A DNA stretch of 53,934 nucleotides, counting the filler, from a bacterium (lineage in GTDB: Bacteria; UBA9089; CG2-30-40-21; SBAY01): assembly GCA_040757115.1 (NCBI GenBank). It is 11 parts of 11 records of this genome, joined end to end, with 100 filler letters (N's around TTAATTAATTAA, not from the genome) between each part and the next. Parts side by side here need not be neighbours in the genome. Positions count along the whole stretch, not along the records: positions 32,104 to 53,934 come from JBFLYA010000047.1; 10 more parts are not named here. One strand, 5' to 3'. Made by a program: the position numbers and the translations under genes. Shown piece by piece: positions 52,247-53,934 of this stretch; within the stretch, counting starts at the first letter, position 1; every line of letters begins with the position of its first letter. The notes under the pieces are model-generated. The model was not told the origin of the DNA. It did not search any database and saw nothing but the letters and a program-made list of their open reading frames with translations.

Positions 52247-52262
52247 ATTAACCACAACCACT

Positions 52263-53555
52263 ATGACACAAAAAGGAGATTGCAAAATGGAAATACTTAG
52301 ATTTGAAGAAGATAACGAAAGGATTAAAAAAGTTCTTGAGCGGTCTAACATCAATCTCATTGATGAAGGAATAAAACAAAAGGTAGAAGAGATTGTTTGT
52401 GAGGTGCGGAATTCAGGTGATACCGCATTATTAAAATATACAGCGTTGTTTGATGGAGTAAAATTAGATGATTTAAAGGTTAGCCCGGATGAATTTTTAG
52501 TGGATAATGAATTTCTGCAGAATCTTGAATTGGCGGCGACAAACATTACCAACTTCCATAAACATCAATCCTTTAATTCCTGGACAGTTTCAAGGGAAGA
52601 TGGTGTGATTTTAGGACAATGCTATCGACCAATGGAAATAGTTGGGATTTATGTTCCGGGTGGTCGGGCACCGTATGTTTCAACGGTGTTAATGACGGCT
52701 ATCCCGGCTAAAGTGGCAGGGGTAAAAAAGATTATTCTTTGCACACCTCCTGACAAAAATGGCAAGATTAATCCTTATATTTTGGCGGCAAGTAAGTTAG
52801 CCCGGGTAGATGAGATTTATAAAGTTGGCGGAGCACAGGCAATTGCCGCATTAGCCTTTGGCACTGCCACTATTCCTAAAGTTGACAAGATTGTTGGACC
52901 GGGGAATATCTATGTTACTCTGGCAAAAAAAATAGTCTTTGGTGAGGTAGATATTGATATGGTGGCAGGACCAACTGAGGTAGTAGTTATTGCTGATGCA
53001 CAGGCTAATCCAGAATTTATCGCCGCTGATTTACTCTCGCAGGCAGAACATGACCCACTCTCATTAGCGGTTCTTCTTACTACCTCTTCAGATTTAGCCA
53101 ATCTTGTTTTAAATAAGGTTGAATCACAGTCAAAATTACTTTCTCATCAGGAAACACTCAAACACTCCCTTGATAATTTAACCATTATTATCACCCAAAC
53201 CTTACAGGAGGCGATTAACATATCCAACCAATTTGCCCCAGAACATTTAGAACTACATATTAAAAATCCGATGGAAATATTAGGGAATATTGAACATGCC
53301 GGGGCAATATTTCTTGGTGAATATTCACCCGAATCTGTGGGTGATTATTTTGCTGGACCAAGTCATGTTTTGCCAACCTGTAAATCCGCACGGTTCTTTT
53401 CACCACTTGGCGTAGAAGACTTTTTAAAACGCTCAAGTATCATCTCTTACACGAAACAGGCATTGCTTAAATACGGACAGGAGATTATTAATCTGGCTAA
53501 TTTAGAGGGTTTCGACGGTCATGCCAATGCGGTTAAGGTAAGATTAGAAAAGTGA
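52263..53555 (+). CDS. hisD: Histidinol dehydrogenase
   Basis: YVPGG, GPGNIYV, IDMVAGPTE, SQAEHD, APEHL and GDYFAGPSHVLPT motifs; true start may be ATG 52287-52289 region (MEILRF). Confidence 0.95.
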   Translation: MTQKGDCKMEILRFEEDNERIKKVLERSNINLIDEGIKQKVEEIVCEVRNSGDTALLKYTALFDGVKLDDLKVSPDEFLVDNEFLQNLELAATNITNFHKHQSFNSWTVSREDGVILGQCYRPMEIVGIYVPGGRAPYVSTVLMTAIPAKVAGVKKIILCTPPDKNGKINPYILAASKLARVDEIYKVGGAQAIAALAFGTATIPKVDKIVGPGNIYVTLAKKIVFGEVDIDMVAGPTEVVVIADAQANPEFIAADLLSQAEHDPLSLAVLLTTSSDLANLVLNKVESQSKLLSHQETLKHSLDNLTIIITQTLQEAINISNQFAPEHLELHIKNPMEILGNIEHAGAIFLGEYSPESVGDYFAGPSHVLPTCKSARFFSPLGVEDFLKRSSIISYTKQALLKYGQEIINLANLEGFDGHANAVKVRLEK

Positions 53556-53564
53556 AGAAAGTGA

Positions 53565-53803
53565 GCAACCGTTCAGGTGGTAATTTACCGCAGAGACGCA
53601 GAGGAACAGAGAAGACATGGAAATAAATCAGATAACAGAAAAGATTATTGAGGTAATCTTTGTAATACATAGGACATCAAAACCTTGCACTGATGAAAAT
53701 CAGGGATGGAATTGTTGCCTCTCCTAAATAGATTTTCCCCTCTTGAGAGGGGTTAGAGGTGTGTTTTTCTCTGCGTCTCTGTGTCTCTGCGGTGAAGAGT
53801 TAC
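53565..53803. mobile_element. GCAACCGTTCAGG...GGTGAAGAGTTAC element with a GxxExxY N-terminal remnant (53617-53727)
   Basis: Terminal IRs; translation MEINQITEKIIEVIFVIHRT. Confidence 0.78.
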
Positions 53804-53811
53804 TCAGCAAT

Positions 53812-53934
53812 TCTCGGTGAATTTTTAGAGACTGAATTCACCTATGTTTAGGAGAGATAGAAAAAAATATTTTTCGTAAAGATTTTGAGAGGAAAATAAG
53901 GAATAATGAGTCTCTATCTAATTTTTCACCGAGA
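53812..53934. repeat. Segment bounded by TCTCGGTGAA / TTCACCGAGA
   Basis: 10-bp IR; the window ends at the right arm. Confidence 0.5.

Noticed and set aside
11-53101. Many short track ORFs (e.g. 11-199, 351-644, 14273-14473, 26388-26582, 28063-28629, 30261-30815, 33557-33748, 42981-43190, 46333-46887, 52232-52552)
   Set aside because: They are antisense or alternate-frame shadows of real genes, or translations of repeats, with no recognisable motifs
1-53934. rRNA, tRNA or known riboswitch
   Set aside because: No recognisable cloverleaf, rRNA or riboswitch consensus by eye; a covariance-model scan would be needed to exclude them

Overview
This AT-rich window is not one locus. It is 11 short contigs joined by artificial 100-nt N/TTAATTAATTAA/N linkers: 1-1060, 1161-2215, 2316-3353, 3454-4489, 4590-5621, 5722-27564, 27665-28676, 28777-29787, 29888-30897, 30998-32003 and 32104-53934, with an internal N gap at 36791-36890. 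This layout is typical of a concatenated metagenome-assembled genome. The genes suggest a diderm anaerobe: acsC, rnfE, an AhbA/B-type fusion, wza/wzc/BY-kinase, glycosylation genes, two tatA, gspG, tad genes, a REC-GGDEF-REC-HD-GYP regulator, hisD, and a 2357-aa secreted nuclease/glycosidase-like protein. Mobile DNA includes IS701-like and IS481-like transposases, an IS21 end, and two attC sites flanking a bona fide integron cassette. The most striking feature is that most large intergenic gaps hold stacked or nested miniature elements. At least five end-sequence families are present, several with clean target-site duplications. Their cores are hairpins of 7-9-nt microsatellite arms enclosing internally deleted remnants of four-helix-bundle, GxxExxY and DUF559 genes. 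These elements supply Shine-Dalgarno sequences and stop codons to host genes and often sit just upstream of -35 boxes. All protein-family calls are by-eye motif recognition; no database search was run.
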